Shown here: positions 47,516-60,654 of the stretch, piece by piece
How positions within the stretch are numbered: position 1 is the stretch's first letter
Layout of the letters: each line of letters begins with the position of its first letter
Source: Anthoceros angustus
Taxonomy: Eukaryota > Plantae > Anthocerotophyta
DNA length: 64,000 nt
Assembly (NCBI GenBank): GCA_010909165.1
Contig: MU008157.1
Location: forward strand, 620,001 to 684,000
Direction of reading: 5' to 3'
Notes under the pieces: generated by a model
The model's database searches: none
What the model saw: the letters and a program-made list of their open reading frames with translations, nothing else
Told to the model about the DNA's origin: nothing
Position numbers and translations under genes: made by a program

Positions 47516-49135
47516 CTACACAGTGTCATCAAACTTGATCTTCTTTGGTGCTGGAGGTATCTGGGAAATCTGTCACATAAAACATCCGATTCCTCGAGTA
47601 AGCAGGTGTTTGTAAATGATAACACACCGAGGATCAGAAAACAGGATCCTTCCTACAACTCCCTCGCAATATATGTAGACCTGAATGTAGACAGCCTTAC
47701 AATGGAAGGAAACTCGTAGTCGATCCCGGATGCTTCAAACTTCTTTATCCTTCGCCTTTCTGTTCTCACCACTCTTCTCACTAAGCGCTTCTGCTCACGG
47801 ATTGTCCTAACCTGCTCCACAACGCACGCCGTCATTCACAGACAGTAACTCACCAATCCGCCACAGGGCTATCTCCACCCACACACGTCACAAACAGGAA
47901 GTGGGGAGCACCTTATCATGTTCCTGACGTGCAATTGCTTGAAATGGCCTGGGTTTGAATCTTTTATTGGCACCCACCCACCTGTTCAACTAACATAGTT
48001 AAGCATAGCCAAGAGGCCACAGCTAGTAGTGAAGTGGGGCTGAACCCACCACCCAAAATCGATGACAAGAGAGCAAGCACAAGAATCCCACAACATTACT
48101 TCTACAAAAACCTCACATTTTGCTGTGAATCTTGTCTAACGGGACGAGCTTCACTTGTAACATAGACTCAAACAGCAGATAGTTGTGCATGCTTTCTGCA
48201 ACAATTGCAGCTACCTGGAAAGAGCCAACAAGTGTTGCCCCATAAACACTCTGCAGCTGCCTTGGAAATACATCAAAATCCAACCAAATCATGCATGGCC
48301 TAACAACAGAAACCACATACCTCAGGAGATTCAAACTCAACGAAACCATAATGCTTTGACTTGCCTGTCTGCATAAGCAGAAGAAACAATTAGTCCGTGA
48401 CAAAGCTCCGGACTGACAGCTCGACTGCAGAGAAAGGCAGTGACCTCTGCAACTGATCAACGACTCTGAGCACGAGAGTTAATTCCTAACAGAACCTTTT
48501 CATACCAAGGCCACCACCTGACTAGCAACCACAAGCTTAACTCGCAAGTCTTAACCTTCTTATTCCGTGAGATGCGAAGCCGAGTGATCGTTCCAAATTG
48601 ACCCAAAAAACCTAAAAACCCAGGGATTGATAAGAACTTCAGATGACGCTCAAATGCTACACCCAGAGCAGAGCAAAACAACTGAGCACGGAGGCACAAA
48701 CCCCGTATTTGCTCCTCGTAGAAACCATGCGGTATTCTTCCGACATAAATCACATTCGATGTAATAGCAGACACAGAAGCATCTTCAGCTCCAGATACCG
48801 CTGCCTTGGACCTTGAACCTTTCTTCCTTGCGCGCTTCAGCGCAGCCTTATCATTGGCTGTGTCCAAGGGCTGGAAGCATAGCAGTGCTCGATTGTCAAC
48901 TCAAAAAAACAAAGATTTGCTTACACCACAACACACAACACAACACAGAGATAATAAGGACCATAAAATTCGCAGAGAACGACTTCGTCTCTGCCGGTTC
49001 CATCACAGGCAGAAGAGCTTGCAGCAGCTCTGGAGACTTGCCCTTCCCTTCACCCGCCGACAGAACATTCGCTCCAACAGCTTCCATCACAGGGTTTGGG
49101 GCCCGTTGGAGCTCGGCAGACTTCCGCTTTCCCAT
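47516..49135 (-). CDS. NIFK: NIFK/Nop15-like nucleolar RRM protein, multi-exon
   Basis: VIYVGRIPHGFYEEQIRG, QFGTITRLRISRNKK, VAESMHNYLLF and GIDYEFP. The last exon ends PAPKKIKFDDTV*. Confidence 0.85.
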
Positions 49136-49562
49136 AGCCGCGAAACGTCAGCTCCAGACCTGTTGTTACATAAATAGAGACCTCACTTGGAGCTGGGTAA
49201 CACAAATATGTACGAGGGCCAAACCTCGACGAACCGGCACGAGGGAAGGCACAATTCCAGTTCCAGCACGCGAACCAGGGACGCCTACAATCGTAGTTTA
49301 CAGCAATAAGGAAGGGTTAAAGGAGGATACTACCAACCCTAAATCATCGCCGTGATTAAGCATCCTGAGCCTAGATCGGTACTTAGATGGGGTGTCTATA
49401 AAGGGAGTGGATGCCTTGGTGCAAGTAGCTTAGGCACACCATGGTACAAGTTGTTACGTACCAAGTCCATGACGGAAATCCGTCCTTAGTGGACTTAAAT
49501 AAAATTCTTTTTCTTCTTCTAAAAATAAAAAATAAAAACCACGTACCGACCCAATTCTTTTG

Positions 49563-50343
49563 CCGTAGGAGCCACCGTTTTTTGACACCTTAATGTCGAA
49601 TAATATTTACTTTTAAAATAATTTCAACTTATATAAGTTTATTATTTTAATTTTCAACAAAATATATAATGATATTTTATTTTCGATAGTTTATCAAATA
49701 GATAGTATAATATACCTTCCTATATAATTCTATAATACCTCACAAATCATAAATAAATAAATAAAAAGACCATAAAAAAATATTATGATTATAACAAGGC
49801 TGCACATGCACACCCAATTCCTCCACAATAAGCAAACATGGTCAGCCCAAGGCTAACCCACACCCCTTTACCATGGAAACCTAGGGATGCCGCTCCTGGT
49901 ATTGCATCTTATGCCACCTCTCCCACTCTAGCAGCTCGATCTACGACAAAGCCTGCAAATCTTTCTAGCACCAATATACCGATCATTGCTGCAAATGTAT
50001 GTACGATGGTATTGCTGCCAATCACTCTACAACAACTGCTTTGTGTCCTACAAATCTTTGTGTAGCGTTGCAGCTGCACAAAAGACTGGACCCCTTCGAA
50101 GGATTGAATCCAATCTTGGTGTGTGACCAAGAGATTGGATCCCGGTGGAGGTGTGCGCTCTCCCCCTCCTCACGCCGAGGTGTGCTGTCTCCGGCTCCTT
50201 GCCACTCAGGTGTGTGCGCACCAGCATGTTTTCACTAACCATTTCGCATTTTTTAGTTTTCGACCACTCATTTCAATATTTTTTGACAATTTGGCACTTG
50301 CTATAATTAATTAATTATTGTCGAAAACAGCTGGCTCCTACGG
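49563..50343. mobile_element. MITE-like element with ~25-bp imperfect TIRs
   Basis: ccgtaggagccaccgttttttgaca at 49563 versus tgtcgaaaacagctggctcctacgg ending at 50343. TA on the right and TG on the left (mutated TA?). Confidence 0.7.
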
Positions 50344-50802
50344 TACTTTGATATCATGAGTCAGTCTAACTATGATATCACGAATGAAGAGCATTTGAGA
50401 TTTGATGAAAAGATGGTTAAAAGATTATTGACGAATAATTGTCTTGCTTATACCTATGCCAAAGCTTAAACAAGCACGGCCCATTAGAGAGGTACACCTA
50501 GAACATTCAAAACCTATATATTATATGCAAATGTAATTATTTTTTCCAATTGATGACGACATCAGTGTAAAGCTTAAACAAGCATGACATGCTTCTCCAA
50601 CATGCTGCCTGCTTCTTCTCTTCCCGACGCCAGCAGTGCTATCACCTCAGTGAAAGGTACGAAGGACGCGTTGCAGGGCATCGTGAAGGGCATTTTAACA
50701 GGCCCGTCAATCAATCCTACTTTAATTACATGTTGTTTCCATGTTACAGCTATGGCCCAGTGGTGCTTCATCCACCATCGCCAGTGACCGAATTTAAATA
50801 TG

Positions 50803-51440
50803 TTACAGGTGGCTGTTTGCAGGACGGAATGGTCCAGGTTGCTGGTATGGGGACTGAATGTTCGTGGAGCGAGGAGAGTTCGTGAATCGAGGAGGCAAGG
50901 TTTTTTCTGCGTCAGAGTTCTTGGCCTGCTTGTCGTTCCCGGACCTCTGCACCATCAGAAAACACTTTGACGCGAATCACGATACTGGACCCCAAGGCTG
51001 CAGCACATGCATAAGCTCACTGATCCACAGCATACCCGAAGCAAGTTGAGGACCTACCGCAAATTTCACAGAGCGGTTGTAGAGAGATACGAGGCCTGAA
51101 AACAGACTGAGCGCATACTCGGCACTCTCCGCAGTCTCGTACTCTGCAAATGCATATGATCTGTGCCGTTTGGTGTCCTTATCGCGCGGCATGTGAATTT
51201 CTACCACGGGCCCTGCCTGGACCATGATCTCGTACAGCGTCCTCTCATCAACCCGTTCATCCAAATTCCCTACACTCACAAACACGCATGCGGTTTCCCT
51301 ACCGTCTCATCAACAAATCAAATCAAGCAATTCCTCCCAGGCGCGTTCACGCAGCAACCACACCGCCGCTGCAAGAATCACGTCTTCGAAGATATTGGAC
51401 TGTTACCTATGTAGAGAGTGGCGCCCGGCGTCTTGGACAT
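50803..51440 (-). CDS. RBM7: RBM7-like single-RRM RNA-binding protein, 3 exons
   Basis: MSKTPGATLYI|GNLDERVDERTLYEIMVQAGPVVEIHMPRDKDTKRHRSYAFAEYE..LFSGLVSLYNRSVKFA matches the plant RBM7-type RRM. Confidence 0.8.
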
Positions 51441-51608
51441 GGTTGCAGAGCTGGCACGGAATTGTTTGTCTGAAGCAGGAGGTTGTCGAGCCTTCCTGGC
51501 CCAGCGCGACGGGAGTCCTTTACACTTGACCTAAAATTTGTAGCAGTAAATTTCCCTGCCGCACGCCGGGGACTGAGCGTCAATTGCCTCAGCAGCGGGA
51601 AGGGAACG

Positions 51609-52294
51609 ATGAGCTCGGGACTGGTGGATTACGGATCTTCTGACGAGGACGAAGAGGTTGCCGAAGAATTACCTGTTCGTGCCGTTGCGGATGCCGCTCC
51701 GGCTCCCGCCCCCGCTACCTCTGCCTCCTCGCCTACCTCTTCGCTTCCAAACAGGTGAGCTCACAGTTCCGTGGGAAAATTTGCTTTACAAGTCCACATA
51801 GCAAGCTGGCCAGGATGTGATGCGCATGGAGGAGGACACTGAGATTCTACTCCATCTGCTGACAGGAACGTCCCAAGCGTCGTGCCGACGGAGCCAAGCC
51901 TCTCACCCGCAGTCCGGTTACCTGATGCAGCGGATTTGCTCGGAGAGTCAGCCAGCAGTCTCTTGGCCGCAACCGCGCTTTCATCATCCAGGAAGAGGCC
52001 CGAGGTGAATGGCTCTGCACATCTGGCGCCACCGAAAAAAATTGCAAGGAGCAATCTTCCGGCTTCACGAAGTAGCCCGGACACTGCTGGAGGACTTCTG
52101 TTGCCTCCACAACTACGAGGCAGGTACGGTTTTTCAAGTTTAGCCAAGAAAAGCATCTGTGCATGGTATTCCTGTTTATGACCAAGCTGCCCTCACTGCA
52201 AACGTGTTATGTACTCTGCTTCCTGTGCAGGAGCAACGTTGTGACGGATGACTTGGACAAGCTTTTTGTGCGTAGAAACAGGAAAGGAGAGTGA
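51609..52294 (+). CDS. Plant protein of unknown function, 3 exons
   Basis: MSSGLVDYGSSDEDEE..., LPDAADLL, and PDTAGGLLLPPQLRGRSNVVTDDLDKLFV, joined by GT-AG junctions. Confidence 0.75.
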
Positions 52295-52590
52295 TCCTGT
52301 GATGGTACCGTAGCTAACAGCTAGCCAGACTGCCGTAGGAGAAAGCGACGAACGCGGATGGCAAACTGGTATGCGATCCCTTAAATCGTTTTTTGCTGTC
52401 ATGGACTTCCTCCAGTGGGAAAGCTCGAGGTTCTCACCATTGCGTTGTGTGTGTGTGCCGTGACGCAGGACTTGTGTAGGCGATTCGTCTTTGCTCGCTT
52501 CTGTTTCCCTTCATCTTTCGTTACACACTTGCCATGCGTAGTTGTTGGTGACCTTATTTCGCACCCGTAGTTGATGACTTTGTTCGTGGT

Positions 52591-52624
52591 AAGGGTGTGG
52601 CTGTCTAATGACAGCCACACCCTT
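52591..52624. repeat. Perfect 15-bp inverted repeat with a 4-nt loop
   Basis: aagggtgtggctgtc-taat-gacagccacaccctt. Confidence 0.9.
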
Positions 52625-52996
52625 GGACATTGAAAGTCCCAAGGCTTTATTACCGTAACCTCTTACCGGAGAAAGCTGTTCTCCATTATGAGGATAACTA
52701 GACTACATTGGTCCTATTCAAAGCCGGTGTGAACTATGAATGTCTAGGCCAGCCAGCGCTCCTTATTAGGGTACGGCCCACAGAAAAGGCAAGGTGTTGA
52801 CAGAGCGACGACTGTGCTGTCGTCCTTCCTCGGAAGCAGCTCCCAGTTGGGAAACGTAAGTACATATTGCTGCTCCTGCCGCCCTTGTTGCTTGCTGTTG
52901 TTGCTTTTTATTTGCTGTGGCTGCTGCTGCTGCTGCTGGTGCTGAATTGAGTCGCGTGGCAGCGAATTGAGTCGCGTGGAAGCGGAGTGAGGAAGG

Positions 52997-54583
52997 ATGC
53001 AGGCCTCGCACTTGTTGCTAGAGGAGCCGCTGCGGCTGGCCTCCATCCTGGAGACCTCGCCGCATGGCCCCAATTACAGCGCCATGACCAAGATCATAGG
53101 CACTCTGGGGCCGCAGTCGCACACGGTGGAGGTGCTGGAGGAGCTTCTCAAGGCGGGGATGTCCGTGGCCAGGTTTGATTTCTCGTGGGGAGACCCCAAG
53201 TACCACCAGCAGACCCTGGACAATCTGAGGAAGGCAGTGAAGAACACGCGGAAGCTGTGCGCTGTGATGCTGGACACGGTGGGGCCGGAGCTGCAAGTGA
53301 TCAACATTACGGGGGTGAAGTCGATTGCGCTTACGGCGGGGGATCATGTGACACTGACTTCGGACAGGGATGCGGATGCCTCGTCCCAGATCCTGCCCAT
53401 CAACTACGACGAGTTGGCCAGCGTGGTGAAGGCCGGGGACACCATCTTCCTGGGCCAGTATCTCTTCACCGGGAGCGAGAACACGTCCGTGTGGTTGGAG
53501 GTGGTGGAGAGCAAGGGCAAGGACGTGGTGTGCCTCATCAAGAACAGTGCCTCTCTGACCGGGACTCTCTTCACGGCGCATGCCGCGCAGGTGCACATCG
53601 GCCTGCCTACGCTGAGCGACGCCGACAAGGGTGTGATATCCACGTGGGGGTTGTCGAACAGCATCGACTTCCTCTCCTTGTCCTACACTCGGCATGCGGA
53701 GGATGTGAAGCAGGCGAGGGCTTATTTGGCAAGTTTGGGTGACCTCAACCAGACCCAGATCTTTGCCAAGATTGAGAATGTGGAGGGGTTGCAGCACTTC
53801 GACGAGATTTTGAAGGAGGCTGACGGGATCATCCTGTCCCGTGGGAATCTGGGCATCGACCTGCCCCCGGAGAAGGTGTTTCTGTTCCAGAAGTCTGCTC
53901 TGTACAAGTGCAACATGGCTGGTAAGCCCGCCGTGGTGACTCGGGTGGTGGACACCATGACGGACACCCCTAGGCCAACTCGAGCTGAGGCCACGGATGT
54001 GGCCAATGCCGTGCTGGATGGCACTGATGCAATTCTCTTGGGAGCAGAGACACTGAGAGGTCTGTACCCTGTGGAGACGGTGTCCACGATCAGGAACATC
54101 TGTGCGGAAGCTGAGAAGGTGTACAACCACGTTGTTTACTTCAAGAAGACAGTGAAGTATGTTGGGGAGCCCATGGCTCATTTGGAGTCCATTGCATCGT
54201 CAGCGGTGAGGGCTGCCACCAAGGTCAGGGCTTCGGTCATTGTGGTGTTCACATCCTCGGGGCGAGCTGCCAGACTCATTGCAAAGTATCGGCCATCCAT
54301 GCCCGTGCTTGTTGTGGTCATTCCCAAGCTCACCACCAACCAGCTGCGCTGGACTTTCACCGGTGCCTTTCAGGCCAGGCAATGCTTGGTTGTGAGGGGC
54401 CTGTTCCCTATGCTGGCAGATCCTCGTCATCCAGCAGATGCCAGCACCACCAATGAGTCTATTCTGAAAGTGGCCTTGGACCATGGAAAGGCAGCAGGGG
54501 TAATCAAAGCGCATGACCGGATTGTTGTTTGCCAGAAGGTTGGTGATTCCTCGGTGGTCAAGATTATTGAGCTCGATGAATGA
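52997..54583 (+). CDS. PK: Pyruvate kinase, cytosolic type, intronless
   Basis: 528-aa ORF: [67 protein letters not shown]. Confidence 0.97.
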   Translation: MQASHLLLEEPLRLASILETSPHGPNYSAMTKIIGTLGPQSHTVEVLEELLKAGMSVARFDFSWGDPKYHQQTLDNLRKAVKNTRKLCAVMLDTVGPELQVINITGVKSIALTAGDHVTLTSDRDADASSQILPINYDELASVVKAGDTIFLGQYLFTGSENTSVWLEVVESKGKDVVCLIKNSASLTGTLFTAHAAQVHIGLPTLSDADKGVISTWGLSNSIDFLSLSYTRHAEDVKQARAYLASLGDLNQTQIFAKIENVEGLQHFDEILKEADGIILSRGNLGIDLPPEKVFLFQKSALYKCNMAGKPAVVTRVVDTMTDTPRPTRAEATDVANAVLDGTDAILLGAETLRGLYPVETVSTIRNICAEAEKVYNHVVYFKKTVKYVGEPMAHLESIASSAVRAATKVRASVIVVFTSSGRAARLIAKYRPSMPVLVVVIPKLTTNQLRWTFTGAFQARQCLVVRGLFPMLADPRHPADASTTNESILKVALDHGKAAGVIKAHDRIVVCQKVGDSSVVKIIELDE

Positions 54584-55264
54584 GGTGTTGTTCATCACAA
54601 ATTTTGCTCGGATTTGACTCTTCACAAATTCTTCTGGCTTCTCACGACGTACTGCCCGATTGATGGGCTTACTAATCAAAGCTTCACATGGACTCGTTGT
54701 AGCAGTCTTCGTTTCGTTCACATTTTGCACTTGATTAGCGGCACTAGCTGGGGTGTCTACGAGCTAGACTCCAGAGTACTAGTCTAGAGTCTAGACTGCC
54801 TACTAGGTACACAGTCTGTATCTGTTGCTATAATTCAACAGCTCCAGTTTATGCAGCACTGCAAATTGCATAATTGCATTTGAGTTTTTGCCCTGTCGGG
54901 AAGCACACAAGGCAAGCTATGAAACATGCAACGAAATACTCTTAGGGTGTCCGAATGACAATTTACAGCTTCGTGGCGACTAGCTTCTTCGAGGTGCAGT
55001 ATGTGTCTGGGGGACCTCTGTATGACGGATATGCTTGGAGCGTGTTTGGAGCCTGGCAATTGAGTCAAGGAAAGGACAGCAAGTCTGTGTGTGAAATCGT
55101 TTCCATAAACAAATTGGTGGGTTTACTGGAGGAGCTCCCGCTTCCCTGACTTCAAGGAACCAAGCGTTGGCAAACAAATGAAACCAAGAATTTCACCATC
55201 TGTGTAGGAGACAGAACCCGTCTCAGAGGATGGGACAGGCAACATAAGAAGAAAAAGCGTCCAC

Positions 55265-58200
55265 TTGATTTCCGGCGTGGGGGAGGTCCAGGAGGTGATC
55301 TACCTAAGCAACTTTCACAAGCCAGCTGAGGTGGATGCTCGCCTTGCTCCCCTGGAAATGGCGATGGACATGAGAAGCTGGAGCTTGGCGGGTGATCCTG
55401 ACCTTAGCAGACCCGCAGGATGGCACACGGGCGTAACAGCTGAAACTGTGAGCCAGCTTTGTCATCGGGGGCATGCGACTGAGGCTGTTGAGGCATTGGG
55501 AGTTATAGTGCAGACGGACTGTTGTTTCTCCAAAGATCTCTTGTACAGTGTGCTGAAGAGCTGCGTAGTCAAGAAGGATCTTGTCCTGGGTCGCCGGGTC
55601 CATGCTCTCATTGTGAGAAAGGGGTATCAGTCGGACACGTTCCTGTGCAATCATATCCTGCGAATGTATGCGTCTCATGGCAGGTTGCAAGACGCGATGG
55701 ATGTGTTCACCGTGGTTGGCAAACCGGATGCCTTCATGTGGTCTTCCATAATTTCTGCGCATGTTAAAGGGGGTCAAGACAAGCAGGCCGTAGAACTGTA
55801 TCATCGAATGCGCAAGTCAAGAGTGAAGCCAGATGGCCATGTATTTGTGGCAGCTCTTCAGGCTTGTGCAAGGGCATCAGACTTGATCACTGGGCAGCAG
55901 GTGCATGCCGATGTGTTGGCTGCTGGCGTGGATCCTGATTCGTTTGTTTGTAGCTGCTTAGTGGACATGTATGCTAAGTGCGGCAGCTTGGAAGATGCCC
56001 AAAGAATTTTTGAGAGCCTTGGTCAAAAGGATGTGGTTACGTGGAATGCCATGATAGCAGTGTATTCTCAGCAGGGCATGGGCCAAGAAGCTCTTAATCT
56101 TTACAGTGCTATGCAACAAGAAGGCCTAGCTGTACCCAATTCTGTGACATTTGTGTGCCTCCTGCGGGCATGTGCAAGTTTGGGCAACATGGCATTGGAG
56201 ATGGGGAAGCAGCTTCATGCGCAAATCAGAGAACGAGGACATCAAGCTAATGTGTTTGTAGCCAGCAGTTTGGTGAACATGTATGCAAAGTGTGGCAGCT
56301 TGGGAGAGGCAAAACGAGTGTTCGATGAACTTTCACATAAAGATGTTGTGACTTGGAATGCAATGATAGCAGGGTATTCCCAGCAGGGCATGTGGGAGGA
56401 GGCCCTTCACCTTCACAGCGCGATGCAAGAAGGCATCGTTGCACCCAATTGTGTGACATATGTGTGCCTACTGCAGGCATGTGCAGGTGTGGGCAATGCA
56501 GCATTGGAGAGGGGGAAGCAGCTGCATACAGAAGTCAGAGAACGAGGACACCAAGCTGATTTATCTGTCGCCAACAGTCTGGTAAACATGTATGCAAAGT
56601 GTGGCAGCTTGGACGAGGCTCAGAGGGTGTTTGACGGTCTTGGTCAAAAAACTGTGGTGACGTGGACTGCTCTTATGGCAGGATATGCCCAGCAGGGCCT
56701 GGGCCAGGAAGCCCTTGATCTTTACAATGCTATGGAAGAAGAAGGTATAGCTGTACCTGATTCTGTAACATTTGTGTGCCTCCTGCAGGCATGTGCAGGC
56801 GTGGGCACCCAAGCTTTGGAGGTGGGAAAGCAACTTCACACACAAATTAAAGAACGAGGACATCAAGCTGATGTGTTTGTGGCAGCAGTTTGGTGAACAT
56901 GTATGCAAAGTGTGGAAGCTTGGAAGACGCTGAGAGAGTGTTTGCAAGACTGGGGAAAAGAACGTGGTGACATGGAATGCCATGATAGCAGGAGTATTCC
57001 CATCAGGCTTGGGCCAGGAAGCACTTTCTCTTTACGGTGTTATGCAAGAAGTGGGCTTGGCTGTACCTGATTCAATGACATTCGTGTGTGTCCTGCAGGC
57101 ATGTGCAACTGTGGGCTCCCAAGCTTTGGAGAAAGGGAGGTTGCTTCACGGACAAATTAGAGAACGAGGACATCAAGATGATGTGTTTGTCGCCAGCAGT
57201 TTGGTGAACATGTATGCGAAGTGTGGGAGCTTGGAAGACGCTCAAAGAGTATTTGAGGGGCTTAGTCAGAAACGTGTGGTAACGTGGAATGCCATGATAG
57301 CAGGGTATTCCCAGCAGGGAATGGGCCAGGAAGCCCTTCGTTTGTACAGTACCATGCAGGAGGAGGGCAGAGCTGTACCCAATTCTGTGACATTTGTGTC
57401 CCTCCTGCAAGCTTGTGCAAGTGTGGGGCCCCCAGCTTTGGCGAATGGAAAGCAGCTTCATAAACAAATTAGAGAACAAGGGCATCAAGCTGACGTGTTT
57501 GTAGCCAGCAGCTTGGTGAACATGTACACAAAGTGTGGGAGCTTGGAAGATGCTCAGGAAGTGTTTGACCGGCTTGGTCCAAAACATGTGACGACGTGGA
57601 ATGCCATGATATCTGGGTATTCTCAGCAGGGCATGGGCCAGGAAGCCCTTCGTCTCTACAATGCTATGCAGGCAGAGGGTCTAGCTGTACCTGATTCGGT
57701 GACATTTGTGTGCCTCCTGCAGGCATGTGCAAATGTGGGCAGGCGAGCCTTGGAGACAGGGAAGCAGCTGCATACAGAAGTCAGAGAACGAGGACACCAA
57801 GCTGATTTATCTGTCGCCAACAGTCTGGTAAACATGTATGCAAAGTGTGGCAGCTTGGACGAGGCTCAGAGGGTGTTTGGTCTTGGTCAAAAACTGTGGT
57901 GACGTGGACTGCTCTTATGGCAGGATATGCCCAGCAGGGCCTGGGCCAGGAAGCCCTTGATCTTTACAATGCTATGGAAGAAGAAGGTATAGCTGTACCT
58001 GATTCTGTAACATTTGTGTGCCTCCTGCAGGCATGTGCAGGCGTGGGCACCCAAGCTTTGGAGGTGGGAAAGCAACTTCACACACAAATTAAAGAACGAG
58101 GACATCAAGCTGATGTGTTTGTGGGCAGCAGTTTGGTGAACATGTATGCAAAGTGTGGAAGCTTGGAAGACGCTGAGAGAGTGTTTGCAAGACTGGGGGA

Positions 58201-60453
58201 AAAGAACGTGGTGACATGGAATGCCATGATAGCAGGGTATTCCCATCAGGGCTTGGGCCAGGAAGCACTTTCTCTTTACGGTGTTATGCAAGAAGTGGGC
58301 TTGGCTGTACCTGATTCAATGACATTCGTGTGTGTCCTGCAGGCATGTGCAACTGTGGGCTCCCAAGCTTTGGAGAAAGGGAGGTTGCTTCACGGACAAA
58401 TTAGAGAACGAGGACATCAAGATGATGTGTTTGTCGCCAGCAGTTTGGTGAACATGTATGCGAAGTGTGGGAGCTTGGAAGACGCTCAAAGAGTATTTGA
58501 GGGGCTTAGTCAGAAACGTGTGGTAACGTGGAATGCCATGATAGCAGGGTATTCCCAGCAGGGAATGGGCCAGGAAGCCCTTCGTTTGTACAGTACCATG
58601 CAGGAGGAGGGCAGAGCTGTACCCAATTCTGTGACATTTGTGTCCCTCCTGCAAGCTTGTGCAAGTGTGGGGCCCCCAGCTTTGGAATGGAAGCTTCATA
58701 AATTAGAGAACAAGGGCATCAAGCTGACGTGTTTGTAGCCAGCAGCTTGGTGAACATGTACACAAAGTGTGGGAGCTTGGAAGATGCTCAGGAAGTGTTT
58801 GACCGGCTTGGTCCAAAACATGTGACGACGTGGAATGCCATGATATCTGGGTATTCTCAGCAGGGCATGGGCCAGGAAGCCCTTCGTCTCTACAATGCTA
58901 TGCAGGCAGAGGGTCTAGCTGTACCTGATTCGGTGACATTTGTGTGCCTCCTGCAGGCTTGTGCAAATGTGGGCAGGCGAGCCTTGGAGACGGGGAAGCA
59001 GCTTCATATGCAAATTAGGGCAGGAGCACTCCTAGATGACGTGTTTGTAGCCAACAGTTTGGTCAACATGTATGCAAAGTGTGGCAGCATGAAAGATGCT
59101 CAGAGAGTGTTTGACGGACTTTGTGAAAAAAATTTGGTGACGTGGAATGCCTTAGTAGCAGGATACTCCCACCAGGGCATGGGCCACGAAGCCCTTCATC
59201 TTTACAGGGTTATGCAGGAAGGCAAGATAGCACCTGATTCCACGACATTTGCATGCCTCCTCCAGGCATGTGCTTGTATGGGTGCCCCAGCCTTGGAGAC
59301 GGGAGAGCAGCTTCATGCACAAATCAAGGAGCAAGGTTGTCACTCTGATATACATGTGGCCAGCAGTTTGGTACACATGTATGCAAAGTGTGGTAAACTG
59401 GAAAACGCTGAAGGAGTGTTTGAAGGACTTCCTCACAAAAATGTGGTGACGTGGAATACCATGATAGCAGGGTATTCCCAGCAGGGCATGGGCCATGAAG
59501 CCCTTCGTCTTTACAGTGCTATGGAAGAAGAAGGCATGGTCCCTGATTCAGTGACATTTGTGTCCCTCCTGCAGGCATGTGCAAACGTGGCAGCTTTGCA
59601 TCTGGGGAGGCAGCTACATGCACAAATTAAAGAACAAGGGCATTATGCTGATGCGTTTGTAGCAAGCAGTTTGATAAATATGTATGGGAAGTCCGGGAGT
59701 ATGGTTGATGCACAGCAGGTATTCGACGAGTCGCCTGAAAGAACCATTTTTGCCTGGAATGCACTCATTGCAGGATATAGCCACCAAGGAGACAGTGAAA
59801 TTGTCTTTAATCTGGTGCTCAAAATGAGAGACGATGACATACAGCCGGATGGCATCACCCTCCTCAGTGTACTATCGGTATGCAGCCATACAGGTCAAGT
59901 GAGCAAGGCACAGGAGCTCTTTGAGGCTATGAGCAGACAATATGGAATCAGCCCTACGGCAGAGCACTATACATGTATGGTGGATCTCCTGGGCCGTGCA
60001 GGCCGACTGGATGAGGCACTAGCTTTGGTAAAGACAATGCCTGTACTGCCTAATGCTTCGGTTTGGCACACTCTGTTGAGTGCGTGTCGAAAGTGGGGCA
60101 ACGTGGAGGTGGGATATCATGCTTTCGAGCAAGCAGTGAATCTAGACGAGAAAGATCATGCAGCATATGTGCTGATGTCGAATATATACACCGCTGCCCA
60201 GATGTGGGATCAGGCACAGGATATGCAGGTGAGGAGGATACGAATAAGGGCATGGAAGCAGCCAGGTCAGAGCTGGTGGATGGACATGGACGGGGTAGTG
60301 CATAATTTTTTGGTTGGAATTAAACAGCATTCCAAGTGCCGAACAGGTCTCAAACAGGTGTTCGAGAATGAAGATCGACGGATTTTCCCCACATCTGGAC
60401 TCGTTTCCCATAGACTCGGTCGAACTGTCATTGAATGCAAGGATTTTGAATAA
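55265..60453 (+). CDS. Long PLS-class PPR gene (E, truncated WW-type extension), broken by frameshifts in this sequence (pseudogene or sequencing errors)
   Basis: Four overlapping ORFs (55265..56896, 56964..57902, 57845..58738, 58729..60453) form one collinear PLS array ending AWKQPGQSWWMD. Confidence 0.85.
56515..58994 (+). repeat. ~1.24-kb near-identical tandem duplication (four PLS triplets) inside the PPR gene
   Basis: gaagcagctgcatacagaagtcagagaacgagg at 56515 and 57761 (offset 1246). The second copy is ~12 bp shorter through small deletions. Confidence 0.9.
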
Positions 60454-60654
60454 AATTCTCCTATGTACCTAATTGCTACACCTAATGATGTATGATGTTT
60501 GCTTACCCCTGGATTCTGAAGTCCTCAGCCAAACAAGGAAAAGGAGATGGATAACAATTCCACACCTAATCAATCAAGTAGCAACTCAAACAAACCTGCT
60601 GACTATCTTGAAATTGTAAGGCGAAGATTTTCCTTTCATTTGGAAAAGAGCTAT

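Noticed and set aside
49334-49343. Telo-box-like AACCCTAA upstream of NIFK (others at 21166 and 46197)
   Set aside because: The motif is short and common, so function cannot be supported from sequence alone.
52628-52800. RNase MRP RNA suggested by GAAAGTCCC
   Set aside because: No complementary P4 3' strand (GGGGCT/GGGACT) or other conserved regions nearby.
54760-54810. CTAG-rich palindromic cluster as a Helitron end
   Set aside because: No matching 5' TC end or subterminal GC hairpin. It lies in the PK 3' region and may be chance.
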